From Syntrophorhabdaceae bacterium (GTDB taxonomy: Bacteria; Desulfobacterota; Syntrophorhabdia; Syntrophorhabdales; Syntrophorhabdaceae), in NCBI GenBank assembly GCA_963665295.1, contig OY762209.1:640001-704000 (forward strand): a DNA stretch of 64,000 nt, written 5' to 3'. The translations under genes were made by a program, and so were the position numbers. This document shows, one piece after another, positions 48,555 through 58,251 of the stretch; within the stretch, counting starts at the first letter, position 1, and every line of letters begins with the position of its first letter. The notes under the pieces were generated by a model. The model ran no database searches and was not told where the DNA came from. It saw only the letters and a list, made by a program, of their open reading frames with translations.

Positions 48555-48579
48555 AGTATACTGAGTATACCAAGTATAC
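48555..48579. promoter_or_regulatory. Probable antitoxin operator: three AGTATAC boxes at 9-bp period
   Basis: AGTATAC at 48555, 48564, 48573, immediately before the AGGAG RBS. Confidence 0.65.
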
Positions 48580-48592
48580 GAGGAGATATTCC

Positions 48593-48829
48593 ATGAATAA
48601 GCAGCATTTAAAGAATATTAGCGCAAAGGTGCCGGACGACTTGCTTGTGAGCATCGATGAAATCGCGGTATTGCGAAACAGAAACCGTGGCGAGATCGTA
48701 CGAGAGGCCCTGAACTTTTATATTGATACTATGGCTGATTACCGAATTGCCATTGACCGCCTCGGAGATCCTACCGACGAGATACAAACAGAAGAAGAAT
48801 TCCTGACAGAACTTGGTTGGGATATCTGA
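48593..48829 (+). CDS. Ribbon-helix-helix (CopG/RelB-like) antitoxin
   Basis: ISAKVPDDL...IDEIA....NRGEIVREAL; acidic C-terminus. Confidence 0.85.
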   Translation: MNKQHLKNISAKVPDDLLVSIDEIAVLRNRNRGEIVREALNFYIDTMADYRIAIDRLGDPTDEIQTEEEFLTELGWDI

Positions 48830-49089
48830 TGTATGCTCTAAAACTTAAGAGGAGCGTGCAGGGAGATTTCAAAAGGATAGGCCGGGAGGCGGCCAAAACG
48901 GTCTTGGATGTAATCAGAAAGGATCTGTTGACAAACCCAAGAGCAGGGAAGCGGCTGAAAGGGAAAGAGGGCGTATTGTGGAGCCACCGCGTAGGGGACT
49001 ATAGAATTATTTACACTTTCAATGACGAAGAGCTTTTTCTTCTCGTGGTGAGGGTCGGGCATAGAAGGGAGGTTTATAGGGGCATATAG
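48829..49089 (+). CDS. RelE/ParE family type II toxin
   Basis: GK.LKG, RVGDYRIIY, VGHRREVYR; TGATG coupling to the antitoxin. Confidence 0.9.
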   Translation: MYALKLKRSVQGDFKRIGREAAKTVLDVIRKDLLTNPRAGKRLKGKEGVLWSHRVGDYRIIYTFNDEELFLLVVRVGHRREVYRGI

Positions 49090-49707
49090 GGTTCCTGATA
49101 CCTTCCCGCAACTCTCATCTTTTTCGGGCAGGAACTGGTTTGGCATTTTCACTTTTGCGCGGCGCGGGACGCCTTATGCGCTCGCTTTCAAGCTACGTTT
49201 CCTGGTTCTCCCGACCGTCCGACCTTCTATATCAATAGGTGGAACAGCTTAATCATTGCCTTTTTCCAACTGGCCTCTATTTCCGGCGTCAATTGATCAA
49301 AATAATCTGAAAGCGCCGGGTGGAATAGGTGGGGGCATGGGGCGGGGGCTTCAGATGCGCCCGGCTGTGAAGGGGTGATGGACGGCGGCGTATATCCATA
49401 CGCAAGAGTCCACGCCCCTTTGCAGAGGGGTGCATATGGAGTCTTCGCTCTATGCCCGCGCCTATCCACTGCCCCATCCACACCAACAAGCAACAGGAAG
49501 ACAAGAACCTCCGATCACCTCAAACCCTCGCGGCTCTCGCTCACGCTCATCCTTCAAGCGCTGTTCACCTCCGTACGACGTGACCGTGGCTCCACCTCCG
49601 CTCCCTTCCCAACCCTCCGTGCCTCTCACCGCTGCCCGAATATTTGATTTAAGGCCTTATTTGGTGTAGAGTAACGTGAAAATACGGGTGTTTTTCTTCT
49701 GGTATCT

Positions 49708-50832
49708 ATGCGTATAGGATTGGCTATTCAAAATTTTGACCCTAAAAAGGGCGGCGCGGAAAGGTATACTTTCGACTTGTCTACCCACCTTGCGCGGCGG
49801 GGGCACGACGTGTTCGTTTTTTGCGCGAACGGGGTTTCCGTGCCGGGCGTTACCCTCGTGAAGTGCGCCGTCCAATCCTTTCCGCGGTGGATGCGGTCCC
49901 TTTCCTTTGCCCTTAACCACAGGAAACAATTGAAATTACACCCTATGGACGTGGTCCTCGGGTTCGGGAATACCCTTGAGGCGGACGTGTACCAGAGCCA
50001 TGGAGGGGTGCAGCATGTCTGGATGGAGCGGGAGATCGCGAGTTATCAGGACCCCCGGGAAAGGCGGTTGAAGGCGCTCCTCCTCAAGCACAGCATCAAC
50101 CAGCGGGTGCAGGAATGGCTCCAGGAATACGCCATCAGGAAGGGGAAGTGCAAGAGGATCGTGGCCATTTCCGACATGATCAAGGGACACATGGCCGCAC
50201 ACTACGGGCTCGGCGACGAGGCCTTCAGCGTGGTCTATAACGGCGTCGATACGGAGCGGTTCAAGCCGGGCAAGGCCGCGGCGGACAGCGCGGGAGGTAT
50301 AAAGAAGATACTCTTTTCCGCAGGCAACTTCAGGCTCAAAGGTCTTTACCCCCTCCTTCTCGCACTGGGGGAACTCTCGAAGGAGCGGAAGGACTTTCAC
50401 CTTACGGTCCTCGGCAGGGGCCGGAAGGACAGGTACGCCGGTCTCATAGAGAGGCTTCATATCGCGAACTTCGTCACTTTTCAAGGGGAGACGGCCCATC
50501 CCGAAGAGGTCTACGCCTCTTCCCACATACTGGCCCATCCCACGTTTTACGACGCGTGCTCCCTCACCACCATGGAGGGCATGGCAGCGGGACTGCCCAC
50601 CATTACCACGCGGTGGAACGGCGCGTCGGCCCTCGTAACTCCGGGCAAGGACGGTTATGTCCTCGACGAACCGGGTGACACGGCGGCCCTCGCCTCGGCG
50701 CTCCGGGACCTCCTGGACGATACGCGGAGAAAGGAAATGGGAAGAAACGCGCGCCTCAAGCTCGAAGCCTACACCATTGAAAGGAACGCGGCAGAGATGG
50801 AGAAAATACTGGTCGAGGTAGGAAATGGATAA
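49708..50832 (+). CDS. GT4 glycosyltransferase (WaaG-like, LPS core)
   Basis: GGAERY, YNGVD..RF, KG, PTFYDACSLTTMEGMAAGLP. Confidence 0.9.
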   Translation: MRIGLAIQNFDPKKGGAERYTFDLSTHLARRGHDVFVFCANGVSVPGVTLVKCAVQSFPRWMRSLSFALNHRKQLKLHPMDVVLGFGNTLEADVYQSHGGVQHVWMEREIASYQDPRERRLKALLLKHSINQRVQEWLQEYAIRKGKCKRIVAISDMIKGHMAAHYGLGDEAFSVVYNGVDTERFKPGKAAADSAGGIKKILFSAGNFRLKGLYPLLLALGELSKERKDFHLTVLGRGRKDRYAGLIERLHIANFVTFQGETAHPEEVYASSHILAHPTFYDACSLTTMEGMAAGLPTITTRWNGASALVTPGKDGYVLDEPGDTAALASALRDLLDDTRRKEMGRNARLKLEAYTIERNAAEMEKILVEVGNG

Positions 50833-51457
50833 CATATCGGGCGAGTGGTCGAAGCTCTTCGCATACAGGGACAAGATACACAAGAGGTACAGGGACATAT
50901 GGGACGTCCCCCTGGTCAAGAAGAGGTCCCACCTCCTCCGGCGCTACCTCAAGAACGGCATGACCGTCCTCGACGTAGGCGCGGGCGCGAAGGGGATGAA
51001 ATCGGAAATCGCGGGCCTCGGGATCAGCGTGACCTACAAGAGCATGGACATCGACAGGGGCAACGAGCACGATTATTACGATACGGCCGACATCAAGGAG
51101 AAGTTCGACGCAGTGATCATGTTCGAAGTGATCGAGCACATGGGCCTCGAAGAGGGGCTGGAACTCTTGAAGAACCTCCACAAGGTGGTGAAGGACAAGG
51201 GCATCCTCATCTGTTCCACACCCAATATCTTCAACCCCTCGCGGTACATGAGGGACTCCACCCACAGGACATTTTACGGGTACGACGAGCTTTGCGGCCT
51301 TTTCAATCTCGCGGGCTTCGGGATAAAGGACGTGTTCCGATCCTTTAACGACGCCTTTCACCGCTATATCCTGAAGGTCTATATCCTGGGCTTCCTCTTC
51401 CGTATCCTCACCCTCGATTACGCCCTGTCCGTCTTCGTGGTGGGAGAAAAGGAATGA
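50825..51457 (+). CDS. Class I SAM-dependent methyltransferase
   Basis: VLDVGAG, FDAVIMFEVIEH, STPN. Confidence 0.88.
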   Translation: MDNISGEWSKLFAYRDKIHKRYRDIWDVPLVKKRSHLLRRYLKNGMTVLDVGAGAKGMKSEIAGLGISVTYKSMDIDRGNEHDYYDTADIKEKFDAVIMFEVIEHMGLEEGLELLKNLHKVVKDKGILICSTPNIFNPSRYMRDSTHRTFYGYDELCGLFNLAGFGIKDVFRSFNDAFHRYILKVYILGFLFRILTLDYALSVFVVGEKE

Positions 51458-51512
51458 TAACCCACACCAGCCGGCCCCCGGCCGGACCCCTTCCCGCGGG
51501 TGCGGAACCGGC

Positions 51513-52496
51513 GTGAAAGTCGTCTTCTTTATCCAGGGCGTAACGGTGGCGGCGAGCAGGCTGAGGGTACTCCAGTACCTCCCCTGGTTCGACAAAGCGG
51601 GCATCTCCCATGAGGTCCATGAATTCCCCAGGGGGTTCAAGGAGTGGGTGTACATGCTCCGGACCATCGGGAAGACCGACGTGGTCTTCGTTCAAAGGAA
51701 ACGCCTCCCCCTCTACGTGCTCGTTCTACTCAGGCGCATGGGAAACAAGATCGTCTATGATTTCGATGATGCGGTCATGTTCAAAAACTCCCTTTCCCCC
51801 GACCCTTACTCCAAAAGAAGGATGATGAGCTTCAAGAGGATGCTCAGGTTCACCCATCTCGTGATCGCCGGCAACGGGTTTTTAAAGGAAGAGGCGGAGA
51901 AGTACCACGGCCGTGTCCGGGTGCTGCCCACGCCCGTGGACGGGGAACGGTACAAGGAAAAGACCTATACGGAAAGGGACACCGTCAATATCGGGTGGAT
52001 CGGGGACCATGGGAGCATCCATTACATGGAGAGCTACAAAGACGTGTGGGAGGAGTTGGGCGCGCGGTTCGGGAAACGGGTCGCCCTCACCATCATCTGC
52101 GACACCTTCATCGACACGGCCCGCATAGAGACGAGGAAAGTGCAATGGACCTATGACAGGGAGATCGACGACCTTTCAGGCCTCGACATCGGGGTCATGC
52201 CCCTCTTTGACGACCTCTGGTCCCGGGGTAAGTGCGGCTTCAAGATCATCCAGTATCTCGGCGTGGGGGTGCCCGTGGTCTGCACGCCCGTGGGCATCAA
52301 CAAAGACGTGGTGGAAGACGGGGTCTCGGGCTTCTTTGCCTCCGCAAAGGAGGAGTGGGTCGAAAAGCTCTCTACCCTCATCGGGGACGGGGCAATGCGG
52401 ACCCGCATGGGCAAGGCAGGGAGGCGGCGGATCATGGAGGGCTACACCGCCCAGGTCTGCGCGCCGAAGCTCGTCCAATGGGTGAGGGACCTGTGA
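51513..52496 (+). CDS. GT4 glycosyltransferase
   Basis: SRLRVLQY, YDFDDA, IGWIG, DIGVMPL....SRGKCGFKIIQY. Confidence 0.9.
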   Translation: MKVVFFIQGVTVAASRLRVLQYLPWFDKAGISHEVHEFPRGFKEWVYMLRTIGKTDVVFVQRKRLPLYVLVLLRRMGNKIVYDFDDAVMFKNSLSPDPYSKRRMMSFKRMLRFTHLVIAGNGFLKEEAEKYHGRVRVLPTPVDGERYKEKTYTERDTVNIGWIGDHGSIHYMESYKDVWEELGARFGKRVALTIICDTFIDTARIETRKVQWTYDREIDDLSGLDIGVMPLFDDLWSRGKCGFKIIQYLGVGVPVVCTPVGINKDVVEDGVSGFFASAKEEWVEKLSTLIGDGAMRTRMGKAGRRRIMEGYTAQVCAPKLVQWVRDL

Positions 52497-53446
52497 AAAG
52501 GGCCGTCTTTCTTACCCACCGCAACCCCCAGGGTTACAGGATACAGCAATATTTCCCGTTTCTCGAAACAAGGGGTTTTAACGTCGAGCTTTGCACCACG
52601 GAAATGTCCTTCCTCCATCTCCTGGAGCGGATACGCGGCGTCGATGTCCTCTATATCCAGCGGCTCCTCATAAACCCCCTGAAGCTGCCCCTCGTGCGGA
52701 AGTTTGCGAAGCGCATCGTCTTCGACTTCGACGACGCGGTCATGTACGGGGCAAAGGGCGAGAGCGAGACAAGGCGAAGGAAGTTCAGGAAGATGGTCCT
52801 CGCCTCCGACGCAGTCTTCGCAGGGAACAGGTTCCTCGCCGCAGAGGCGGGGCGCTACCGCCGGCAGGGCGTTTATTATGTCCCTACCGTGGTGGACACG
52901 GGCGAATACCCCGTAAAGGCCTATGAAGGCTCCTCAACGCGGCCCGTTGTCGGATGGATGGGAAGCAGCTCCACCCTCCATTACATTCTCGAAATGTCCG
53001 GCCTCATCGAATCACTCCTTAAGACGGGGTGCTCCTTCGAGGTAGTGGCGGACCGGCCGCCCGAGCCGGGAATTACGGGCATGACATTCAGGAAGTGGGA
53101 AAAGGAGAAGGAGAAGGCCTTCCTTCTCGGCTTTGACATAGGCGTAATGCCCCTCACCGACGACGTCTGGTCCAGGGGCAAGTGCGGCCTCAAGCTCATC
53201 CAGTACATGGCGGCGGGCCTCCCCTCAGTGACTGACCCTGTAGGGGCGGCGATGGAGATCATCACGGACGGCGTAAACGGCTTCCTCCGGGCCGGAAGCG
53301 ACGAATGGAAGGCGGCGATCGAGGAGCTTGCAGGGAATAGCGGCTTAAGGAAAAAGATGGGCCGCCTCGCGAGAGAGACGGTGGAGGAACGCTACTCCCT
53401 CCACGTCTGGGGACCGAAGGTGGCGGAGATTATGGATTCTCTATGA
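52493..53446 (+). CDS. GT4 glycosyltransferase, paralogous to the upstream gene
   Basis: YRIQQY, FDFDDA, VGWMG, DIGVMPL....SRGKCGLKLIQY; GTG start overlapping upstream stop. Confidence 0.9.
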   Translation: MKRAVFLTHRNPQGYRIQQYFPFLETRGFNVELCTTEMSFLHLLERIRGVDVLYIQRLLINPLKLPLVRKFAKRIVFDFDDAVMYGAKGESETRRRKFRKMVLASDAVFAGNRFLAAEAGRYRRQGVYYVPTVVDTGEYPVKAYEGSSTRPVVGWMGSSSTLHYILEMSGLIESLLKTGCSFEVVADRPPEPGITGMTFRKWEKEKEKAFLLGFDIGVMPLTDDVWSRGKCGLKLIQYMAAGLPSVTDPVGAAMEIITDGVNGFLRAGSDEWKAAIEELAGNSGLRKKMGRLARETVEERYSLHVWGPKVAEIMDSL

Positions 53447-54843
53447 AGGTTCACGAGATAAACGGCATCACATGGCACCTTTCCGATGACGGTCTCCTTC
53501 CCGTGGTCCGGGAAATATCCGGCAGGGAAGAGACGAGGCGCGGCTACACCACCCAGCCCTACGGGAGCGGACAGGTCTTCATAAAATACTTCAGGGAAAA
53601 GGGCATCCCCGGTTTCGTGAGAAACAGGGTCCAGCCCCGGGGCAAGAAGGAATACGACACGGGCCTCACTCTCCTCTCCTTCCCCATTCCCACGCCGAAG
53701 CCTCTGGCCTACGGCATCTCCCCCACGGGCTCCTATGTGATACAGGAGTGGCTCGACGGCATACCCTTCTCCCAAATGTTCAAAGAGGGGGACAAGGCCG
53801 ACCTTCTCATGGGTCTCGCCCGCCTACTCAGGTCCCTGAAGGACCACCACGTGAGGCACAACGACCTTCACCTCGACAATATCCTTGTTTTCCATGGCGA
53901 CCCCTTCCTCATCGACCTTCACAAGATGAAGATAAAGAAGATCTTCGCTGCACGGGACGAGGCCTCCAACCTCTCCCATGCCCTCGTGTCTCTCTACAAC
54001 GACCTGGACGAGGACGAAAAGGTGGCCTTTTTCCTGGAATACGGCTCCATGAGCATCCGCAACAAGGTGGAGACCGAGATCGGCAGGCTCATCTCGAGGT
54101 GGTTCACGAAAAAGAAGAAGAGGGCCTTCGAGGGGACCTCGAAGATCACCGTCACGGGCGACCGCCTCTATGTGACCGGTATGGAAGGCCGCGCCCTCGG
54201 GGACTTCGTGGAGACCATAAAGAATGACAAAAAGGTGCGCGTCGAACGGTACACGGACCACATAAGGAAGATATACCGGGACAAGAGGCGGCTCAAGAAG
54301 GCATGGAAGGCCCACGTCATATTCCTCTATATGAACCTTCCCACCGTGCCCGAGCCCTATTACTGCTCCCTGCCCTCTTCCGGAAAGCCGGGCTATATCG
54401 CCATGGAAGACCTGAAAGGCAAGGGAGAAGAACTGGACAGGTACCTCGACCGGCATTACGACACCATGACCTACGGCGAGAGGAAGCGCTTCATCGACGG
54501 CCTCGCCCGGTTCTTCGACCCCCTGTTCAAGTGGGGCATCGTCCATAACGATATGAAGGGGTGCAACCTTTTCGTGGTAGGAGGCAGGAAGTTCATCCTC
54601 CTCGACGTGGAGGACTTCGCCTTCAGCTCCCTCCATACGGAAAGTCTCAAAACCATATTCCTCCAGCTCAACACGACCCTCCCGAAGAGGATCGTCATGA
54701 GAGACCGGATACGGTTCTTTATCAGGCTCACTGCATTCCTGAGCCTCGACAGAAAGGCCCTCTTCCGGGTGCTCCTCTGGAAATCAGCGGGAAAGGAGAT
54801 CGTCTACGAGGGGAAATCGGGACTCATGAGGGAATCATGGTAA
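53443..54843 (+). CDS. Lipopolysaccharide kinase (Kdo/WaaP/InaA family), two kinase-like domains
   Basis: HNDLHLDNIL..IDL and HNDMKGCNLF..LDVE. Confidence 0.85.
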   Translation: MKVHEINGITWHLSDDGLLPVVREISGREETRRGYTTQPYGSGQVFIKYFREKGIPGFVRNRVQPRGKKEYDTGLTLLSFPIPTPKPLAYGISPTGSYVIQEWLDGIPFSQMFKEGDKADLLMGLARLLRSLKDHHVRHNDLHLDNILVFHGDPFLIDLHKMKIKKIFAARDEASNLSHALVSLYNDLDEDEKVAFFLEYGSMSIRNKVETEIGRLISRWFTKKKKRAFEGTSKITVTGDRLYVTGMEGRALGDFVETIKNDKKVRVERYTDHIRKIYRDKRRLKKAWKAHVIFLYMNLPTVPEPYYCSLPSSGKPGYIAMEDLKGKGEELDRYLDRHYDTMTYGERKRFIDGLARFFDPLFKWGIVHNDMKGCNLFVVGGRKFILLDVEDFAFSSLHTESLKTIFLQLNTTLPKRIVMRDRIRFFIRLTAFLSLDRKALFRVLLWKSAGKEIVYEGKSGLMRESW

Positions 54844-55836
54844 GGGCGTCGAATATGTTCCCTTCCACCGTACGGGACCCGGAGACGATAACAAAGGAAC
54901 CCTGCTCCTGATCGTCCTCAACCCAGCCGACGTCCACGCCTTCCTCCTTGAACCGGTCCGTGTTTGAACGCTTGTAGCCGACAAGGTGGGGCACATCCCG
55001 TGTGTTGATCCGCACCGTTACCTTTCCCGCTAGGGCCGATTCCCGGACCTTTGCGAGGATTGCGAGACGGAAGGCCCAGGTCTTCACCACGTACCCGAAG
55101 GACGGGTGGTAATGGCCCGCCACAACCCTTTCCTTTATGACCTCGTTCTCCGTGAGGCCCATCTTGACCACCGGTATGCCCGCCCTTATGGCGTGAAGGT
55201 AGAGGTAAAGGACCCTCGTCACGGCCTCTTCGAAGGCGACCGGGGTGTACGTCCCTTCCCTGTACATGGCCTCCAGGCGTGTGCCCTTAAGGACCACTAG
55301 GGGATAGACCCTTATGTAACAGGGCGCGAGACCGGCTACGTTCCGGGCCGTCTCCACTATGTCCGCCATGGTCTCCCCGGGAAGGCCCGCCATGACCTGA
55401 AGGGCCACGGAAAACCCCGCCTCCCTGAGCCGGAGGAAACTCCTTCCACGTCTTCCGCCGTGTGCCGCCTGTTGACGGTCCGGAGTATATCGTTGTTGAA
55501 AGAAGGCGCTCCAAGCTCGATCACCTTGACGCCGTTTTCGCTGATGATCCTTATGGTCTCTTCATCCAGAGGCACGGGCTTCGTCGATATCCTGAAACCG
55601 GAGATCCTGTCCCTGTAGGGGTCAAAGCACGCAAAAAGCCGGGTGAGGCCGGCCGGGTCGAGGCCGAAGATGTTCCCCCCGTAAAGGCCCACTTCCACCG
55701 GGCCCCGGACAGGGGCAAGGTATTTTTCTATGGTAGCGGTGAGGGCGCTGTCGCCGATGTGGGTGATATAGACCTGATCGCAATAGATGCACCTGCCCTC
55801 GCACCCGAGGTGGGGCAGGAATATGGGGACGATCAC
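54824..55836 (-). pseudogene. Elp3-like radical SAM protein with a single frameshift (~55443)
   Basis: IVPIFLPHLGCEGRCIYCDQ, YGG, RISTKP, IELG; continues in another frame as SFLRLREAGFSVALQVMAGLPG..RVYP..GHYHPSFG. Confidence 0.8.
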
Positions 55837-56504
55837 TGCTCTTTCCTGATCTCGTCGAGGAGAAGCTTTGCGGCGTGCTGTTCCGCTTCTTTCTTGCTCT
55901 TGCCCATGCCCTTTGCCTTGAGGGCGGTGCCCACGAATACGACCACCGTGAAACCGTCCTTCGTCTTCCGGGCAAACTTGTATCTCGGGAGCATGCCCCA
56001 TCTCTTCTGGGAATACTCCTGAAGGGTGTTCTTGGGGTTCTTCTCGTTCAGCTTCTCTTCATCGAAGTAAGAGGAAAAGAGGGTCTTGATGATCCCCGTG
56101 ACCTTCCTCATGCCGCCATCCAGGTAGATTGCGCCGATGAGGGCCTCGAACATGTTCGACAGCACCTTCGATTCCTCAGGTACGCCGCCGTCTCCGTTGC
56201 CGTAGCACATGTGCCGGCTGAGATAGATGCTCTTCGCCACTTCGGTGAGGGTCTCTTTCTTGACAAGGCACGACCGCGCATTGCTCAGGAATCCCTCGTG
56301 TTTGTCCTTGTACTTCTTGTAAAGGAGAATGCTGATGACCGTGTTCAGTATGGCGTCGCCCAGGTATTCGAGCTTCTCGTTGTTCGATCTTCTCGATTCC
56401 TTCTTTTCGTTAAAACACGACGTATGGGTGATAGCCTGGTTGAGAAGCTCCCGGTCCTTGAAAGTATATGCGATAATCTCTTCTAACGGGGTCGGATATT
56501 CCAC
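55833..56504 (-). CDS. rnc: Ribonuclease III
   Basis: NEKLEYLGDAIL, FEALIGAIYLDGG, dsRBD PK..LQEYSQ..GKSKKEAEQ.AA. Confidence 0.95.
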   Translation of the reverse strand: MEYPTPLEEIIAYTFKDRELLNQAITHTSCFNEKKESRRSNNEKLEYLGDAILNTVISILLYKKYKDKHEGFLSNARSCLVKKETLTEVAKSIYLSRHMCYGNGDGGVPEESKVLSNMFEALIGAIYLDGGMRKVTGIIKTLFSSYFDEEKLNEKNPKNTLQEYSQKRWGMLPRYKFARKTKDGFTVVVFVGTALKAKGMGKSKKEAEQHAAKLLLDEIRKEQ

Positions 56505-56525
56505 TGTTACCGCGTCGTAGGGTTC

Positions 56526-56557
56526 AAAAAGAGGCAGGGCCGGTTAAGGCCCCGCCT
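56526..56557 (-). terminator. Rho-independent terminator after the acyl-CoA ligase
   Basis: GAGGCGGGCC-loop-GGCCCTGCCTC followed by TTTTT on the minus strand. Confidence 0.7.
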
Positions 56558-56567
56558 CGCTGATTCA

Positions 56568-58148
56568 CTAAATCTTGAACGCTTCCTCCATGCCTGAATA
56601 CTGTTTTCTCAGTTTCGGTTTTTCAATCTTGCCGGTCGGGTTCCTGGGCACTTCGCCGAAGAACACCTTGCGCGGTCTCTTGTATTTCGGAAGAGGCTCA
56701 CAGAATTTCATAACCTCTTCGACGGTCAGGGTCTTGCCCGGCACCACTTCGATAATCACTGCCACGATCTCGCCCAGACGCTCGTCGGGAAGCCCGATGG
56801 CCGCCGCGTCCTTCACGTTCGGGTTGGTGTGGAAGAAATCCTCGACCTCGACGGGGAAGACGTTCTCGCCGCCCGTGATGATGATGTCTTTCTTGCGGTC
56901 CACAAGCCAGATAAAACCGTCTTCATCCTGTCTCGCCATGTCGCCGGTGAAAAGCCATCCGTCGATCAGGGATTTTGCCGTTGCTTCCGGGTTCCTGTAG
57001 TATTCCCTCATTACGCCGTTGCCGCGGACACAGAGCTCGCCCGGGTCTCCCTGGGGCACCACTTTGCCGTTCTCATCGACGATCCTCGTCTCCCAGTTGA
57101 ATCCCGGTATGCCGATGGCGCCGATCTTGTGCTCGTTGCCCATGCCCAGGTGTACGCAGCCGGGTCCCGTGGACTCGCTGAGGCCGAAGTTCGTGTCGTA
57201 ATCCATGGTGGGGAAGTATGACTTCCAGTGTTTGATAAGCGCCGGCGGGACGGGCTGGGCGCCTATGTGCATGAGTCTCCACTGGCTCAATTTGTAGTCT
57301 GAAGGTTTCAATGCTCCGCTGTCGAACTTAAGCAGGATATCCTGCGCCCACGGAACGAGGAGCCACACGATGGTGCCGCCCTCTTCGCTTACCGCTTCCA
57401 GCGTATACTCAGGAGAGACGCCTTTCAGTATGACTGCCTTGCCGCCTACGACAAAGCTGCCGAACCAGTGCATCTTCGCGCCCGTGTGGTACAGGGGCGG
57501 GATAAGGATGAATACGTCGTCCTTTGTCTGTTTGTGGTGGGCATTCTCGGTAACGCACGCTGAAGCCATGTTGTTGTGGGTAAGGAGGATAGGCTTCGGC
57601 TGTCCGGTCGTGCCTGAGGTGAAGTAGAGGCCGCAGGGATCCGAAAAGCTGATCTCCAGGTCGAGGGCCGATGCATCGACGCCTGCCATGAGGGTCTCAT
57701 AGGACTCGGCGAAAGCCGGAGTGTTCTTGCCTACGCAGATGTAGCCTTTGACGGTGGGAAGCTGGTCCTTTATCGCGTCGATCCTTCCCGTGAACTCCTC
57801 GTCGAAAACCAGGTATGCGGGCTCGGCCACGTCGGCACAGTACTTCACGTCTTCCGCGGTAAACCGGAAATTGAGGGGCACTACCCACGCGCCGGTCCTC
57901 ACGATTCCGAAATACGCCACGAGCCAGTCGATGGAGTTCTGCATGAAGTGCATGACCTTGTCGCCCTTCTTGATGCCCTTCTTCGTAAGCAGGTTGGCGA
58001 ATTTGTTTGCCTTGTCGTCAAATTCCTTCCACGTGATTTCAATTCTCTTCTTCTCTGCCGGTATACGCTCCACAAGCGCTATGTCCTGTGGATACATCCG
58101 TGCATTCCGCGCCAAAATCTCTCCAATGTGTACGTGTAAATCTCCCAT
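56568..58148 (-). CDS. Class I adenylate-forming acyl-CoA ligase
   Basis: FTSGTTGQPK, FGLSE, TGD, DRKKDIIITGGEN, GKIEK. Confidence 0.93.
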   Translation of the reverse strand: MGDLHVHIGEILARNARMYPQDIALVERIPAEKKRIEITWKEFDDKANKFANLLTKKGIKKGDKVMHFMQNSIDWLVAYFGIVRTGAWVVPLNFRFTAEDVKYCADVAEPAYLVFDEEFTGRIDAIKDQLPTVKGYICVGKNTPAFAESYETLMAGVDASALDLEISFSDPCGLYFTSGTTGQPKPILLTHNNMASACVTENAHHKQTKDDVFILIPPLYHTGAKMHWFGSFVVGGKAVILKGVSPEYTLEAVSEEGGTIVWLLVPWAQDILLKFDSGALKPSDYKLSQWRLMHIGAQPVPPALIKHWKSYFPTMDYDTNFGLSESTGPGCVHLGMGNEHKIGAIGIPGFNWETRIVDENGKVVPQGDPGELCVRGNGVMREYYRNPEATAKSLIDGWLFTGDMARQDEDGFIWLVDRKKDIIITGGENVFPVEVEDFFHTNPNVKDAAAIGLPDERLGEIVAVIIEVVPGKTLTVEEVMKFCEPLPKYKRPRKVFFGEVPRNPTGKIEKPKLRKQYSGMEEAFKI

Positions 58149-58178
58149 TCCTGTAACCCCCTGTTCGTTTTTTTGTTG

Positions 58179-58207
58179 TTGACAAAACCCTGGGCTAAAT
58201 TTATCAT
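58179..58207 (+). promoter_or_regulatory. Sigma70-like promoter of the plus-strand acyl-CoA ligase
   Basis: TTGACA-N17-TATCAT. Confidence 0.6.
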
Positions 58208-58251
58208 GCAATGTATACACGAAGCAACACAAAAAAACTGGGGAGGGTTAT

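Noticed and set aside
49380..49650. Pyrimidine-rich intergenic stretch as ncRNA or small gene
   Set aside because: Low complexity, no convincing structure, RBS or family motif
49936..54636. Long minus-strand ORFs opposite the LPS operon
   Set aside because: Antisense shadows caused by codon bias; no recognisable motifs
55430..55450. Programmed ribosomal frameshift in the Elp3-like gene
   Set aside because: No X XXY YYZ slippery site; a single-base loss is the simpler explanation
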